Source: Antedon mediterranea (taxonomy: Eukaryota > Animalia > Echinodermata). Taken from it: 64,000 nucleotides of DNA. The stretch is from assembly GCF_964355755.1 (NCBI RefSeq), contig NC_092670.1, positions 35,638,388 to 35,702,387 on the forward strand. The letters are read 5' to 3'. The notes under the pieces are model-generated. The model ran no database searches. It worked only from the letters and a program-made list of their open reading frames with translations, and was not told the origin of the DNA. The position numbers were made by a program, and so were the translations under genes. Numbering within the stretch: position 1 is the stretch's first letter; every line of letters starts with the position of its first letter. Shown in pieces: positions 27,521 through 41,391 of the stretch.

Positions 27521-29133
27521 CTCAACAAGAGTAGGTAAACTAGTAACAGACAATGCATGATCATAGCACAAATAGTTGTTACCTAGACATTCATTGTATG
27601 TACTGTATGTGAGTAACTATTGTATAGAGTTAATGCAGTGAAGAAAATGACATACTGTAGTAAACAAAAACAACTTGTACAGTATTCTATTCCCATGACC
27701 TAGGCCAATTAACCATACTATACAAAAGTTTGTACTTAGACACAAATCAAGGTTATACTGTTTGCAAAAGTATCACATATTTTATCAATGGACAAAAAAA
27801 CAAGACAAAAATATGGTAAAACTTGTTAAAAAAACAACCACTATGCTAAACTAATACTGCATCTATCCAGTTCAATATTGTCACTACCTGTACAGTACAC
27901 TTTCGAAAAGAAAATGTATGCAAGAATCACAATATTCAATATTTCTCAAAATGAAGAAACGGGCAAACAAACACCGTCATATTATAATGTGGTATAGTGT
28001 ATCATTCAAAGAGAGAGTTTAGTTAATATAATAACTCCTTGCATCAGATGATGTATGTTGTTTATAGCCAAAGTGTGGATGTGGACATAGAGGGCAGCTA
28101 CAGTAATTGTAATGCATCACTAACAATTTAATGACACTCAACAAACTCCTATGCAAACTACTGTAAATAACTGTATAAATATTCTTTCAACGAGATTCAT
28201 ATTTATTGAAAACGAAGTACAAACAAATTTGTCTTGCAAAAAAAAATCCAATATCAAATCGCTACAAGAATACAATTATTGTAATATTTAATAGTAAACA
28301 CAGTTTTTTATTAAAAAATCAAACTTATTGGTTAAATTAATATGTAATCAGTTTACATACCTAATGTAAAATATACTATTCCTGATTGAGTTTTACTCCT
28401 AGGCCTACAGCAGCAGCATAGCAGTGTATGGGCCTCTTTCAACATGGCTCTTGCTGCTCTGGGCTACAATTCCTCATGACTTTAGAACTAATTTTTACTA
28501 CAGTATAAAAACTATAATTCCGAATCTTATCCTACTGACTGAATTGTGTTAAAAGGACGCTATTCTAACTCTGTAACCTCACTCATGTGTGCAATGAGAT
28601 CATCGAATCACAGAGGTCATTTAAAATACAAGAGAAAGGGAGCAGCATAGCGCATCCAAGTCTTATGCAAATCACTCAACAACAATAGACAGTTACAATT
28701 ATAATATGCCACAGCTTGACAGGTACTACCTTCTTCATCTGAGAAACTTTAAAATTCTGTTTTTGATTTATATATGATTGAGTAAACAATAACATAGCTT
28801 TATTTTCCCACATTCAGGTGATTTCACAATGGGTTGTACCAAACAATAGGATAGTAGCGCACTAATGGAACTGTCTACTGTAACAATATGTCTATAAAAC
28901 GTTGGTTGTTGAACCCTATCAACTAGTATAATCAAAAAATCATTATTTATGTCAATGTTAGTGTATTAAATGTATGGATACTAAGTTTTTTGTCTGTGAG
29001 AGGAAAGCAATGTACAGGTTTATTACAATTTAGACATTCATTACCCATCTCTATCAATCAGGCAACTTCCATTGCTTGAAAACCCACATTTGTTACTGTT
29101 ACTTTTCTGGCATTAGTTATTTCTTTATGTTAA

Positions 29134-29293
29134 AGCTTTATCTACACTATCAAACTTTATGTGACAAAAAAATGTGATGTGCCTATATATGGACATGATG
29201 ATGTCATATACTACCATATTTGGGCATATCACTACCATATTTGGGTACCTTACACGTTTTTTGTCAAACTAGTTTGATAGTGTAGACAGAGCT
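29134..29293. mobile_element. MITE family C (TIR AGCTCTGTCTACACTATCAAA, TAA TSD); other copies at 5755-5896, 11402-11479, 45054-45212 and 53875-54038
   Basis: Five related copies with TIRs and internal ccaaatatggtagtgat repeats. Confidence 0.85.
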
Positions 29294-29779
29294 TAAGCGC
29301 AGTATCTTCGAAATGACTAGTGCATTTAATATACAACTTCTAATTAACATTCAATCAAATTAAAAAAAATTTAAAACCTTTTTAATTCCTCTAGGATAAA
29401 ACCTCTATTTGAACAATGTTAGTGTTAACCTGTTAAATACAGCGAGACCGGCATTTATCACCATCTATGACAAATCTAAAACTTTATTTTATTACTCTGA
29501 TTATCATAGCTGAAAGCTAATTTATTGTTGGCCTTATTGAAAATTTTCCTATTTTGTTTATATTCTACTCATTTTTTAAGTGGGTTCACAATAAAGTCAA
29601 TGCACTCAGTTGAAATCAACCAGCACATAATTCTTTTTTGTGTTCTCTACAGAAAAATTGTTGATCTTTGACCTACTGTACAATACAAGATGTGTAAAAT
29701 ATATGGTTAATAAAAAACTTCATATTTCAGCAATAGAGGGTGCTATCAGATTGCTGAGGTTTCTGCATCAGCAGGATTA

Positions 29780-29985
29780 AGCGTGGTTCCCACTAGAACG
29801 CAAAGCAGCGACGTATTGACGCAAAGTAATGTATTGCGTAATCACAAGTGGAAACCGACGACGCAATAGTGCTGCAAAAATTGCAGGTTTGATTTCACGC
29901 GGGCGGGGCAAGCACAATTATTGGAAGGGCATTTTCTTACGTTGCGTAGGTTACGTTACGTTGTGTCGCTAGTGGGAACCAAGCT
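29780..29985. mobile_element. MITE family B (same TIR as family A, different interior), TTA TSD
   Basis: TIRs and TSD visible; related copies at 39802-40291, 41110-41209 and about 19120-19290. Confidence 0.85.
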
Positions 29986-30381
29986 TTAAAGAAACCATAC
30001 AGTACACTAAATAATAATTGTACACTTTCGTGGATGCTACCATTATCCGATAGGGGTGCACACTGCTGTTAGTGTTATTGACCAATTTTTTTTTTGCTGT
30101 TTGGTTTCAAAATAAAATAACAGAATTTCCTCTGTTCCTAATTGTATCCTTTCTTCAAAGAGGGCTATTGTTGGTTTATCCAGGTAAGGAGGCACTACTG
30201 CATATAGACTACTCTGTAGGAGATGTAAATAGAGTAATAAATATAAAAATACATCTGTGTATCCTTGTGATTTTATTGGTTAATTTTGGTTGTTCAGTTT
30301 TAGTTCTATTGCACTCACAGGAAACATTTGTTTGCTAAACTGATGTATTAACACAGTCTCAGAAAAATATTCTAAACTAAC

Positions 30382-30527
30382 CTTCAGGGGCGTGTTCATC
30401 TTCTAAAGCTTCAGATCCATTTTCAATTCTACTTGGCGATGTCTCTTGTTGTATTTCTTGAAGTTCTTTGAAGTAAACCTCCAATTGTTGGCTTGTCTTG
30501 CTGCGCCGATCAACTAATGGAGATAAA
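30382..30527 (-). CDS. ARHGAP18: RhoGAP exon 2: LSPLVDRRSKTSQQLEVYFKELQEIQQETSPSRIENGSEALEDEHAPE(D)
   Basis: Acceptor ttttcttacag, donor G|gttagt, open frame. LEVYFKELQEI resembles the MEDYWxELENI block of ARHGAP18 (from recall). Confidence 0.85.
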
Positions 30528-32645
30528 CTGTAAGAAAAAACAACAAAACAAAAAAATTTATTACTAAAACCTCATCTTGCTATAAACAACATAAAACAAA
30601 CAAAGAAAATATATACAGTTCTTTTAAATAAAAAACTTCTAAAAATAACAAAATGTTAATACCAGGTATTACATGTAGATTTCCCCATAGAAAGAAGGTA
30701 TTTACTGTAGATACGACAGGCTACTTGTATATGATTCTAAGTTTTTAATACAAATTATTGATAAATGCATTTTTGACTGAGGGTTACAGCCATGGTGATA
30801 ACCCCTATTAATATTTCCTCTCCTATCATCAGGAATAGCATTTTAAAATTGGTGAGATCTACAAATGCTGGCAGAAGTATGTGTATTCAGGATTCAGTAC
30901 ACCATGCGTTTCCAAAATATAAAGAAAGATTGAAAATATCTCAACATTTCAGTTGTTTTGCTACAACCATGATGTTAGAGTTCTAGAGTAATTAATCACA
31001 GTACAGAAAGTATTAAGTACAATACTTGAAGCACTTTACACCTTCAATTTGAATAAGGGCCTACTGTACAATGTAAACTACCAATATACAGTACCCTTTT
31101 GAGAACATTTTGCAATGGTACTAGAAAGGTTAACTACAACCTCTGTTATTACAGCATTATTCCTATTGAACCAAACAACCTTTGTAGCCTCAATGCAGTT
31201 GTTTGGATCTTATTTGTTTAGCAATCAATCCATTTCATATCATATCCTTCCTATGCCTGGTACTGTAGAACTATGAATATTATAGAGGTTATTGTGTGTG
31301 AAATTTGACAAAATGTTGCAATTGATGACATCAGCTTTAATAGATTTAATGCTAAGTAATAAATTGGTTGACAAGAAAATCAGATTACATCCAAAATACC
31401 CAATTCTTTCATTGAAATACATTTTCAAAAACTGAATAAAACTGTTAAAGTTAAATAATGTGTTGACAGAACTATAATCTTGTATTTTTAGGGGAAAACA
31501 ATTGGATCATGTATTTCTCCTTACTGTGGGTAAAGTTGTTTTTTTCCGATAGACCAATAGCCGCCAGCAGTGCATGGCCTACTGTACCATATTCATCAGC
31601 ACATGACCATCACCTGTTTTTTTCTGAGGACCAATACTTTATACTTTTAATTTTTTTTTTCCAGTGCCATGCAAATTGGGTACATTTTATGTAAATTGAC
31701 ACACTTGTTTTGTTTGTTTAAATCTTTTAATCTAAATATTGAGAGAATTTAGATTGGGCTCTTAACGGATACACGGATGGACCAGTACATTGGGTAACCC
31801 CTAATCTTCGGAAAGATGCAGTGGTTTCTTTATAGTACATACAAGTTTAATGTGTACATTGGACCTTCAGATTAAAGTCTTTATTCGAGAAGACTTGTTT
31901 TACATCATAACTATGGTAAAAAAGAGAGACTTGAACCCATGCCGATTTTATCGCGATAACAGTTTGCCGCACCCTTGCCATAACAACTCAGCTACTTGTG
32001 TTGATAACAGAAACATAGATTACTGGATGATATCTTACCATATGTCAATACAGTACTAGTATCTTTGAAGAATTATTTATGAATATGAAATTTAAGTAAA
32101 AAGGAACTAAGACAAAAGATTCAGACCTACTTACAATAAATTGCTTATTCAAACTTACTTGCTCCCACGCAATTTCATCTAATAGAAATAAATTGATATA
32201 CCAGGAACAATTAAAATGGCTTGACATTAAGCCAGATCTGATTGTTTACCTCAGCAAAGTTGCCTACAGTATAACAGTACCAATACAGTTACGGATATAT
32301 AGCATAGTTTTAGAGAACATTGGTTATTGGTGATGGCACACCCTCAGGGTTGAAGCATGCAGAGTACAGTAATAATAATAAAAGTCAATTTAATATATTG
32401 TTGCAGGTTCTTTTCAAACAAGAAATCAGAAGCGAAAGTATGGTAAAATAAATATGCTTTAGCCTACTGTAGAATGGCAATTATATTTTTACATTTTGTA
32501 GAAAACGAACGACCCAGTGTAAAATTCCTGGCAATGGATTTGGAAATGATGTCTATTGTTGTTTTTTTTATCAAACTAAGAAGTTGCCTTTCACCATTCA
32601 CAAACCCTTAACAATAGCTGCATCCATCATTATTATATTTTACAT

Positions 32646-32847
32646 CAGGCCTTGTCTTTTAAGGCGAGCGAGAGTGATCACTCACCTAACACACTCCTAA
32701 ACTGCTATTAAGGAGTGCGATTTACAACACGCCTAAATTTGGTAAACTTCTACACACCAAAGTACAAACAGGACACCTACAGCACCCCTGAATGTATTGA
32801 GGAGTGCAATTTGTAGCACACTTACAATTTTGAAAAGACATGATCTG
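32646..32847. mobile_element. hAT-like MITE
   Basis: 8-bp TSD ttttac(a/g)t; imperfect TIR caggccttgtctttt / aaaagacatgatctg. Confidence 0.6.
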
Positions 32848-33798
32848 TTTTACGTCTTACAACATGCCACAATTATTGTTCTGTGTGTCCATGGGGGTTT
32901 TGTTTCTTGTTAGTAAAATTTTCTATTTCATATCAATAATATTGTTTAAATTTTTCATTCAACTTTTTTTTTAAATTGATAAAAATTGATATAAGTTTTA
33001 GTTATATCTATATACAGTACAGTATGGATATGAATCATCATCAAGTTTGGAAATCGCCACATTTGGCCTGATGACACGACCTGGATAGGTTGTGAACATC
33101 CAGTTGACTAGTGTTAATTGTCTACAAACTACATATGGTACTACAGTAATTTAAAAATGAAATTCTAAAACAAAAAGAAATGAAAACAAAGAACTATGTA
33201 TTCTCTTCAGTACAGAGTATACAGATTGAAAATCAGGAGAAAAACACTTGAAAGAGGTACTTTAAAAGCTAAAATACAATAATCATGATCAATCGCAAAA
33301 GGAAATAATTTAACAATGTTTACAGTTGCCATGGTTATGGTGCAAGCATTCAAGAAAGCAAATATAGATTTATAATTATAAATTAAAAGTCTGGATTAAT
33401 ATGATGATTGCTAATGAAAAAAACGTTTGTTATTTGGTTTAATAAAATTTAGACCATCACACAATTGTTTTCTATTTTGAAAGAAGATTTGTTTGTGCTC
33501 AGAAAAAATATAATACTTGATCACTGTAAATAGATTAGAAGATACATAGGTAATAATGGTAAAGAATCATAATTTTGTGACGTGTGAGGAAGAAATGGAG
33601 ATTAGAAGGAAGAAAATGGAGATAAGAATAAAATTTAGGAAAATGGAGATTAGAGGAAGAAAATGAAAATTATAGGAAAAAAATGAAAATTAGAGGAAGA
33701 AAATGGAGATTAGAGAAGAAAATGGAGATTAGAGGAAGAAAATGGATATAAGAATAAGATTTAGGAAAATGGAGATTAGAGGAAGAAAATGAAAATTA

Positions 33799-34684
33799 GG
33801 CCCTGTTTCTGCTGCCAAGAAAATACCGAATTTTATACGGTATTTTTTGAATACCGTATATATACCATATTTTTTTGGCAGCAGAAACTGTGCTCATAAA
33901 AAAAATACCGTATTCTGTATACCATATTTTTCCCACAAAATGTGTGGATAAAATACGGCATTTACAAATTTATACCATATTTTTTGTACCCTTTTCTGCT
34001 GCCAATAAAAAATACCATATTTTTTTTACCTGCGACATGAGGTCAACATCGTGTTTTTATTTTCTGTCGCTGTCAGCTGTTTTACACACGTGTATAGATA
34101 TATTCGGCGAAAATGTGGAGCGAAGACGTCACAGTATTTACTATATAAATCTGTGTGGGGAAAGAGGGGTGGATAAGGAGGGGGTGGGGAAGCTAAAATG
34201 TCCGGCCAACTAAAAGGTAATAAAAGGGACAACCACATTTATAAAGACATTTCTACAAAAATAAAGCAGGAGTATGGAATAGACTTGTCTCCAAAGCAAG
34301 CAAACTCAAAGCTGAAGAGCCTGCGAAAGCAGTACAACATTGCAAAAGACAATAACTCAGGGAGGGAACGAATTACTTGTCCCTATTAGGATGTTTTCTG
34401 TGCTCTCACCACATCTCTATCACTAGGGCTAGGCTGTTGAAAGTGAGGCGTAAAACTTCCTTTAAGGCGTAAAACTTCCTTTAAGGCGTAAAACTTCCTT
34501 TAAGGCTTTATTGCGACTTTTAATTATCGACCAAATAAATGAATGGCAATTTGGTAAAAAAGGATGTTTAGTTTAACACGACCACCCAAGAAGTATTGTT
34601 AGCAGAAACGGGGTACTAAAAAATACCGTATTTTATACCGTATTTTTATACCGTATTTTAAGCAGTTGAAGCAGAAACGGGCCC
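33799..34684 (+). mobile_element. PIF/Harbinger deletion derivative with a Myb/SANT-like gene remnant
   Basis: TTA TSD on both sides; imperfect TIRs ggccctgtttctgct / agcagaaacgggccc; subterminal ATACCG repeats. Confidence 0.85.
34198..34389 (+). pseudogene. Myb/SANT-like (trihelix) DNA-binding fragment of Harbinger ORF1
   Basis: LKGNKRDNHIYKDIS...QANSKLKSLRKQY..KDNNSGRERITCPY* follows the Myb_DNA-bind_4-type pattern; truncated, with a premature stop. Confidence 0.75.
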
Positions 34685-37544
34685 TTATAGGAAGAAAATG
34701 AAAATTAGAGAAAGAAAATGGAGATTAGAGGAAGAAAATGAAGATTAGAGGAAGAAAATGGATATAAGAATAAGATTTAGGAAAATGGAGATTAGAGGAA
34801 GAAAATGGAGATTAGATTAAGAAAATGGAGATTAGAGGAAGAAAATGGAGATTAAAGTAGAGGGAAAGAGAATGAAGATTAAATGAAAACAAAGAAGTTT
34901 CCAGGTATTCCTGATTTTGTTAAATTATTATTTTTAAATCTCATCAATGTTTTTTCTATCTTTTCAGCTCATTTATATAGTTTGGGCCGTAATTTTTAGC
35001 GTTCAAGTTCCCTAGTCATATTTGTATTGTACTGTATTCATGCAGGTCTCAGGAGTTTGTATACACTTTCTATACAGGTTAGTTTAAACTGGCCTCAATA
35101 AAGAACAAATGAAAAAGTGAACAATATGACGTATTTATTATAATATTATGAACATAAACAATTGCTGATGATATAAAAACTTCAACTTCCTTGGGAATCC
35201 ATTCAACTGAAAGATAACAGGATATATATGATAATCAAGGACAAACATAAAAATAACAATTTCCAAAAATAATTACAGATCTAAAAAAAGGAATATATCT
35301 CATGATGAAATTAATATTGTTTTGTGATTGAAAAAGGGAAATTCTACAAAATTCTACTGTATACTTTCTGCTATTAATACAGACTGTAAAAATGAATGCC
35401 ACCTATATTCTCTGAGTCATGTGTTCTCCAAACATTTCCAGTTTTATCCATTTTCACACTTCTAAACAAATTAGGTGTATTACCATATTAGATCTATTAT
35501 TAATGATATACTAAATCATGACTAAACTTAGCACTAAGCATAACAACACCATATGTTTATATCATAATACTCCTATCCTAGATTGTTAATTATTATACTG
35601 TTTCAGAAGCATGTCATACCAGTTCACTAGACCATGAAAAGGTCATTTTATAACTGTTCATCAACTTCCTAAATGGGGCAGGTGTGATTTTTAATTGTGT
35701 AGAGGCAATAGACTGGTACAAATACTAAAGGTGAGTGTGACACCTCATTCTATCAAACTTGGGGAAAAAGATATAGAATACTGTAGGCATAGTATTTCTT
35801 AATAGAGAAGGGGGTGTTGAAGAGTGACAGAGAAGGGATGAGAAAGAGAAGGATGAGGAAAGAAGAAAATTATAATGGAAAATTGAATGATTCTTTCAAT
35901 TTGATTTTACTAAATATGATCATCTATTTAAAAATAAAATATTGAAGAATATCTGAACTTTGCAATAGGTACTGTAATGTAAAGAAGGATATAGTATATC
36001 GCATACAATATAACACAATGAAAGGCAAACACTATACACCTTTGGTGACATTTTAATATAGTTTGTGTATAGTTTGTTTTTTCATGGGAGAGAAATTTCA
36101 TACTATATCAGTTAATATTTGAACACAAAATTCTGGTAATCACCTTTTTTAACAATCAGTACAAGCTACAAAATAGTCAATTCATAGAATACGATGTAAA
36201 CTTTATCCTAATGAACTTCAACCGACAAGAAAAATTATTTTACGGTGACAATCACAAAGTAACTTTAATATTTAGTTAATGACATGTTATTAATGCATCA
36301 GTACCAGATTTATGACGAGTTTTAATATCATTCTCAACTTTAATTAAAAACTCATTTATTGAAAGAAGACATACGATTGTACTTTACACTCGGATAACCG
36401 TACTAAAATGCTTTAATATATTTTTTCTCGGTTTTCTTGTACTATAATTAAGGCCAGTGAGCTTAATTAATGTTAAATAAATTAATTGCAACATTGTGTT
36501 TTATTAAAAAAAGCTTTAATTAAACCACCAATTAATCAATCATTACCCACTGGATTGAACACTGTACTTCACAAATAGAAATGATCAAAGCTACTTTTAA
36601 TACCAATTTAAAGGGAGAGGTGCAAACATTGGGTTATACAGGTTTTTTTATTTGGATTCATTTCTTATATTTTATATTATTATCAACAAATACCATAGAA
36701 AGAGGAATTAGGTAATTTTGTTGTATTTTTACTTTCTTGACACAAACTAAAACAGTGTGAATTCTAGAATCAATCAACTTCTTACTGTCTAATACGGTTT
36801 GAGATGACTATTATGTGTTTTATGTGATTATATGTTTTAAAGGCTTCAAAATTTAATATTTATTTATTTTCTATCATGGGACATTGAAATCCAATAGGCC
36901 TATTGATAATTTCGCATTCCATGATAACTTATCAATATTTACATTAAATAAACCATAGAGATATTATAGTTCACTATAATATCTCTATGAATAAACCCAT
37001 GATTATCTATTTAAAGGACAGATTAATATTTTGACCTTTACAATACTGGATAAGGGTATTTCTTTTAGGTATGATATTAGTACTATTGTAAGAATAATTA
37101 CAGACTGTTCCTTTCCCCACTTTCTGTATGTTTATATTCAATTCAACAAACATTTATTCAATCAAAAACACAAAACAATACAAATATAATACAAAACATA
37201 GGACCAACCTCGAAGTAAACTTGTCTTAGTTGGCCCTTTAACATGGTTACACAAAATCAGTGCTTATGTAAACTACTTAGATTAGTACTAGTAGAAGTAA
37301 GTAGGCCTTATCGAGGTAAAGTAATTTTGTAGAAACTATCTATTTATCAATAGTTAAAAGACAGTTTCATTATTTCGTAAAACATAATTTTTATTTAATA
37401 ATACCACGACACTCAGCTCAAATTGTTGGTGAAGCCGGTGCCCGCGAAGAAGACTGAACTACAGTCTGCAGCAATAAAAATAAACAAACATGAAAGATTA
37501 AAATCATAGTATCCTATACTGATATTGTTGTAAATACAACTTAC

Positions 37545-37591
37545 TGTTTTCTGTTATGAAGAGAAACATCTAATTTGTCTGATGCTTGCAT
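37545..37591 (-). CDS. ARHGAP18: RhoGAP (ARHGAP18/28/40 family) putative first coding exon: MQASDKLDVSLHNRK(H)
   Basis: ATG at 37591, strong donor CA|gtaagt; 47 nt ends in phase 2, matching the phase-2 acceptor at 30527. No homology support for this peptide. Confidence 0.55.
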
Positions 37592-37599
37592 TATACTGC

Positions 37600-37860
37600 A
37601 TTTATCCTTTCCAGTTACGTTTAAAACCGGACGGATTTATAAAATAGGGCGAGAAAGCATCTAAGCCCGTCGTCCTAGCCCTGAGAAAAACCAGCAATAT
37701 CTACCTATTTTTAGCAGGGCGATAGCCTGATTGAGCACTGGTAGGCAAGTTCTATTATTGGAAAGAGCGCCACCAGTAGGTTGTATCGTCATCACACCGG
37801 CCATGTTTACTGTGTTTTTACAATAGGCAGAGATAGGGGCGTGTCCATGACTCATCATTT
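37600..37860 (-). promoter_or_regulatory. Probable 5'UTR/promoter of the RhoGAP gene
   Basis: Locally GC/CpG-enriched segment immediately upstream of the putative first exon. Confidence 0.4.
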
Positions 37861-38393
37861 GTGATTTGATTTGTTACTGATATTATTTCTGTATGGATAG
37901 TTAATTCCACATCAATCACCAGAGTTTAATTGCAAACTACACTACCGACGTACTTTCAGCAATGATTTTATACTTAATACTTTAAACGTTTATATTGTCG
38001 ATTTAATATTTATACAGTATTATTAATATATATATTAAAGATAATAAAAAATGTTTAAAAATAAATAAATTGTAATTATCTTTAAATAATTTTATTCATT
38101 TTCTCCTACACATATGACTCATTGTGTTTTGTATACATTTTTTAAATATTTATAGACTGAATTGTAGGTCTATAAATTGTTTTAAGTTGTATATCAATCA
38201 TTTTATCTTTTAATATCATATGTAGGTAAAATTTAATAATTGAATATCCAATGCGTCTGATTGGTGTTCTGCCCTCTATAGTGAATGCGCATGTATTGCA
38301 TAAAACAACTTTTTTTTATAGGCCTATAGACTCTAATGAATAGCTTGTTTTAAAGATTTCTTCTTTTTACAGAGAGTGGTTTTTGTGTGTTCA

Positions 38394-38502
38394 TTTTTAG
38401 TCGCGTGGACGCGACTCTATAGTTCACTACTATGTCGGTCGGTCTGTCTGTCGGTATCACTATGCATTGTAGCACGCGACTTAATGGCTGTTGGCCTTGT
38501 TT
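38394..38502 (+). mobile_element. HINE/DINE-1-like non-autonomous Helentron
   Basis: T-run start, 5' hairpin agtcgcgtggacgcgact, (gtcg/gtct)n microsatellite, 3' subTIR cacgcgact, short hairpin, then ttgttt. Confidence 0.75.
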
Positions 38503-39781
38503 AACTACAATTGAACTCATCCCAGTAGTACAGTAATCGGAAGCGCGTCCAGCATTATTAGCGCACCGGATGTGCGTGTATATGCGATACGCGCATTGAG
38601 ACGCTGCTCTGGAGACTGTGGTGTACGCGCAATAACATTTTTAGACCGTCCGTACGATCCGATCGAATGCAGAGCTGCAGCGGTTCAAGCTGGCTGACAA
38701 TATTGTTTTTTTATCTGATTCGGCTCAATCCACGAAGAAATATAGTAAAAAAAGGGGGAAATTTGTGAATATCAATCTATGCAGACTTTTTGAGAAAAAA
38801 AAAAGTAAACAACAAATTTAATTAAAATAGATTTATTCAGCTAAAATATAATGGTCATAAATGTTTAATATTCGGCAATTATAAAAAGATATCTTAAAAT
38901 CACTTTATTAACATAACAAAACCTACTATAAGTATACATACAATATTTATACTCATGAAAAGAGTCCAGATTACCAACAAACTTGACATCACAATACATC
39001 CAGCAAAGGAGGGTATTATTATTTACAAGTATTTTAAATGCAGTATATACGGCACGGGTTTCATTAACCTCTTCATTTGTTTCTGCCCCAAACTTTCATT
39101 ATCTATTATCAATATCATTAAGTTGAATAAATAAATATACTGTACATAGGACACAGATATAATTACTGTCGTACAAATCATTACTGTACACGTGACAAAT
39201 ACTTTATTTAAGTATAGAAAATGAAATATATAGTAAAATCAACTCTATGATGCAAAACCAAACACATGAGCGGCCAAAAACGTTATCAGAATAGGCCTAT
39301 AGAGAAAAAAAGAAAACGTTTTTTGGTCGAATATTTTTTGTGAATGTTAATTTGAGTTGAAATCTTGAATATTACAGCTTAATTATATATTCAGGCCTAC
39401 TAAAAATCACTTTAGCCCTAGTAGAGTACAGAATTATTAGTACAACAAGACTGAATTCTAGTTATTTATATACATGATCAGTGCAATAATCAATAAAAAC
39501 AGAAGATAAAATAATGATGGGTTTCGTGTCCGGTTTCGTGTTCGATTAGTGTTAAAAACATGTATTTCCCTTTCCTTAAAATGGCCGCGTTCGCTGAATA
39601 AAATAATAATTTTAGGCGATACATTTTTTTTTCATAAACACCAATATTATGTATGTGCATTATATTGTTTCAATACAAATTGAGTTTTGTCTTTATATCG
39701 GACTTTACCGGTAACCATAGTTTGACAACGGAGGGATGTAGGCCTATATACGATAATATCATTAGAGAAAATTATCATTTA

Positions 39782-41391
39782 AGCGTGGTTCCCACTAATA
39801 AAGCGTGGTTCCCACTAGAACGCAACGCAGTTTCGACACAAGGTGCTGATTGATTGAAATATATATTTATACTGGGTAACCTCTTCAGTCAATGACTGGT
39901 CTCCCAGAGGGCCCAGTTGGTGATCAGTGGCTGTGATGTACTAATACACCGGGGTAACCCCCTACTCGTCTCGAAAGATGTACTAGGTTCTTTAAAGTGC
40001 ACACGAGCCAGATGTGTACACTGGACCTACGGTTTATAGTCCTTATCCGAGAAGACTCGTTCTACCACCAGAACCATGGAGTGAGTGAGCCTCGAACCCC
40101 TGCCGTTGTTATGGCTAGGTAATTACGGTTCCACTGTCTTAACCGCTCGGCCACTCACTCATCTGCTGTATTGCGTAATCACAAGTGGGAACCGACGACG
40201 CAAAAGTGCTGCAAAGGTTTGATTTCACGCAGGCGGGGGCAAACACAATTATTACGTTGCGTTACGTTGCGACGCTAGTGGGAACCACGCTTTAAAGCTT
40301 GGTTCCCACTAGAACGTAACGCAAGGACGTAAACGCAACGCAAGCGAATTGACCAATCACAAGTGATGGCTTATTCGCTTGTGACTGCTAACTGTCTATA
40401 ACTTCGCTTGTCATTGGTTAAAACGCTTGCGTTGCGTTTACGTCCTTGCGTTACGTTCTAGTGGGAACCAAGCTTTAAGCGTGGTTCCCACTAGAACGTA
40501 ACGCAAGGACGTAAACGCAACGCAAGCGTTTTAACCAATGACAAGCGAAGTTATAGACAGTTAGCTTAATATACAACATTATTTTGTTTACCTTAAGCCA
40601 CTGAAAAAATTATTAATGCATTCTGCTACTGCAGGCAAAAACAAGACACTGTACAGTCATGAATGCTTTAAACTGGTTATTAGTTTTTTAAACTAGTTTA
40701 AAATATATACACAGTTCTCCATTTTGGAATCGATATAACTGGCAAATAACAGTAGGCTAGTAAACACTAGATATAACACTCGATCTAGCCTACTTTGGCA
40801 AGAAAAGGATTTCCAAAGTTTTCTAAGTGTAAGAAGACCAAATTTCTAAAAACTACTGAAAACTAGTTTGCATAAGTTCATCAGAAGGTTTTACATTAAG
40901 CACCTTCTTGACAAACTACTGTAGTTTCTGAGGGTGTAGTGGTCAGAGACAGCCTCCAGTAGCAAAGACTGTAAAGACATTCCTTTTGCAAAAAAAAAGG
41001 AGTTTTGGTTAAATTTGCTAGAGTTTGGCATTATTATACTGAAGGTACGTATTTTAATGTATACTGTACTTATGAATTTCATATTGACGATTTCCAGATC
41101 CATCTATAAAGCGTGGTTCCCACTAGAACGCAACGTAACGCAGCGACGTATTGACGCAAGGTGCTGTATTGCGTAATCACAAGTGTGAACCGACGACGGA
41201 ACAGTGCTGTAAAGCTTGGTTCCCACTAGAACGTAACGCAAGGACGTAAACGCAACGGAAGCCTGTTGACCAATGACAAGCGAAGTTATAGACAGTTAGC
41301 AATCACAAGCGAATAGGCCATCGCTTGTGATTGGTCAATTCACTTGCGTTGCGTTACGTCCTTGTGTTGCGTCGCTAGTGGGAACCACGCT
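39782..41391. mobile_element. Cluster of abutting and nested family A/B MITEs with an inserted SINE
   Basis: TIR starts at 39782, 39802, 40296, 40478, 41110 and 41213, each preceded by TAA/TTA. Confidence 0.85.
39849..40163 (-). mobile_element. Full-length tRNA-derived SINE with a Nin/Deu-like central domain, inserted in a MITE
   Basis: A box TGGCCGAGCGG and B box GGTTCGAG; central GGATAAGGACTATAAACCGTAGGTCC...TTAAAGAACC...GAGTAGGGGGTTACCCCGGTG; TGCTG TSD. Confidence 0.88.

Larger units (their letters stand above)
33587..34880. repeat. Purine-rich ~20-bp minisatellite (aaatggagattagaggaaga) split by the Harbinger insertion
   Basis: Units are present on both sides of 33799-34684. Confidence 0.9.

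Noticed and set aside
33062-33105. Second hammerhead-like string (ctgatga-hairpin-gaacatc)
   Set aside because: It has GAAC instead of GAAA, and stem I does not close properly.
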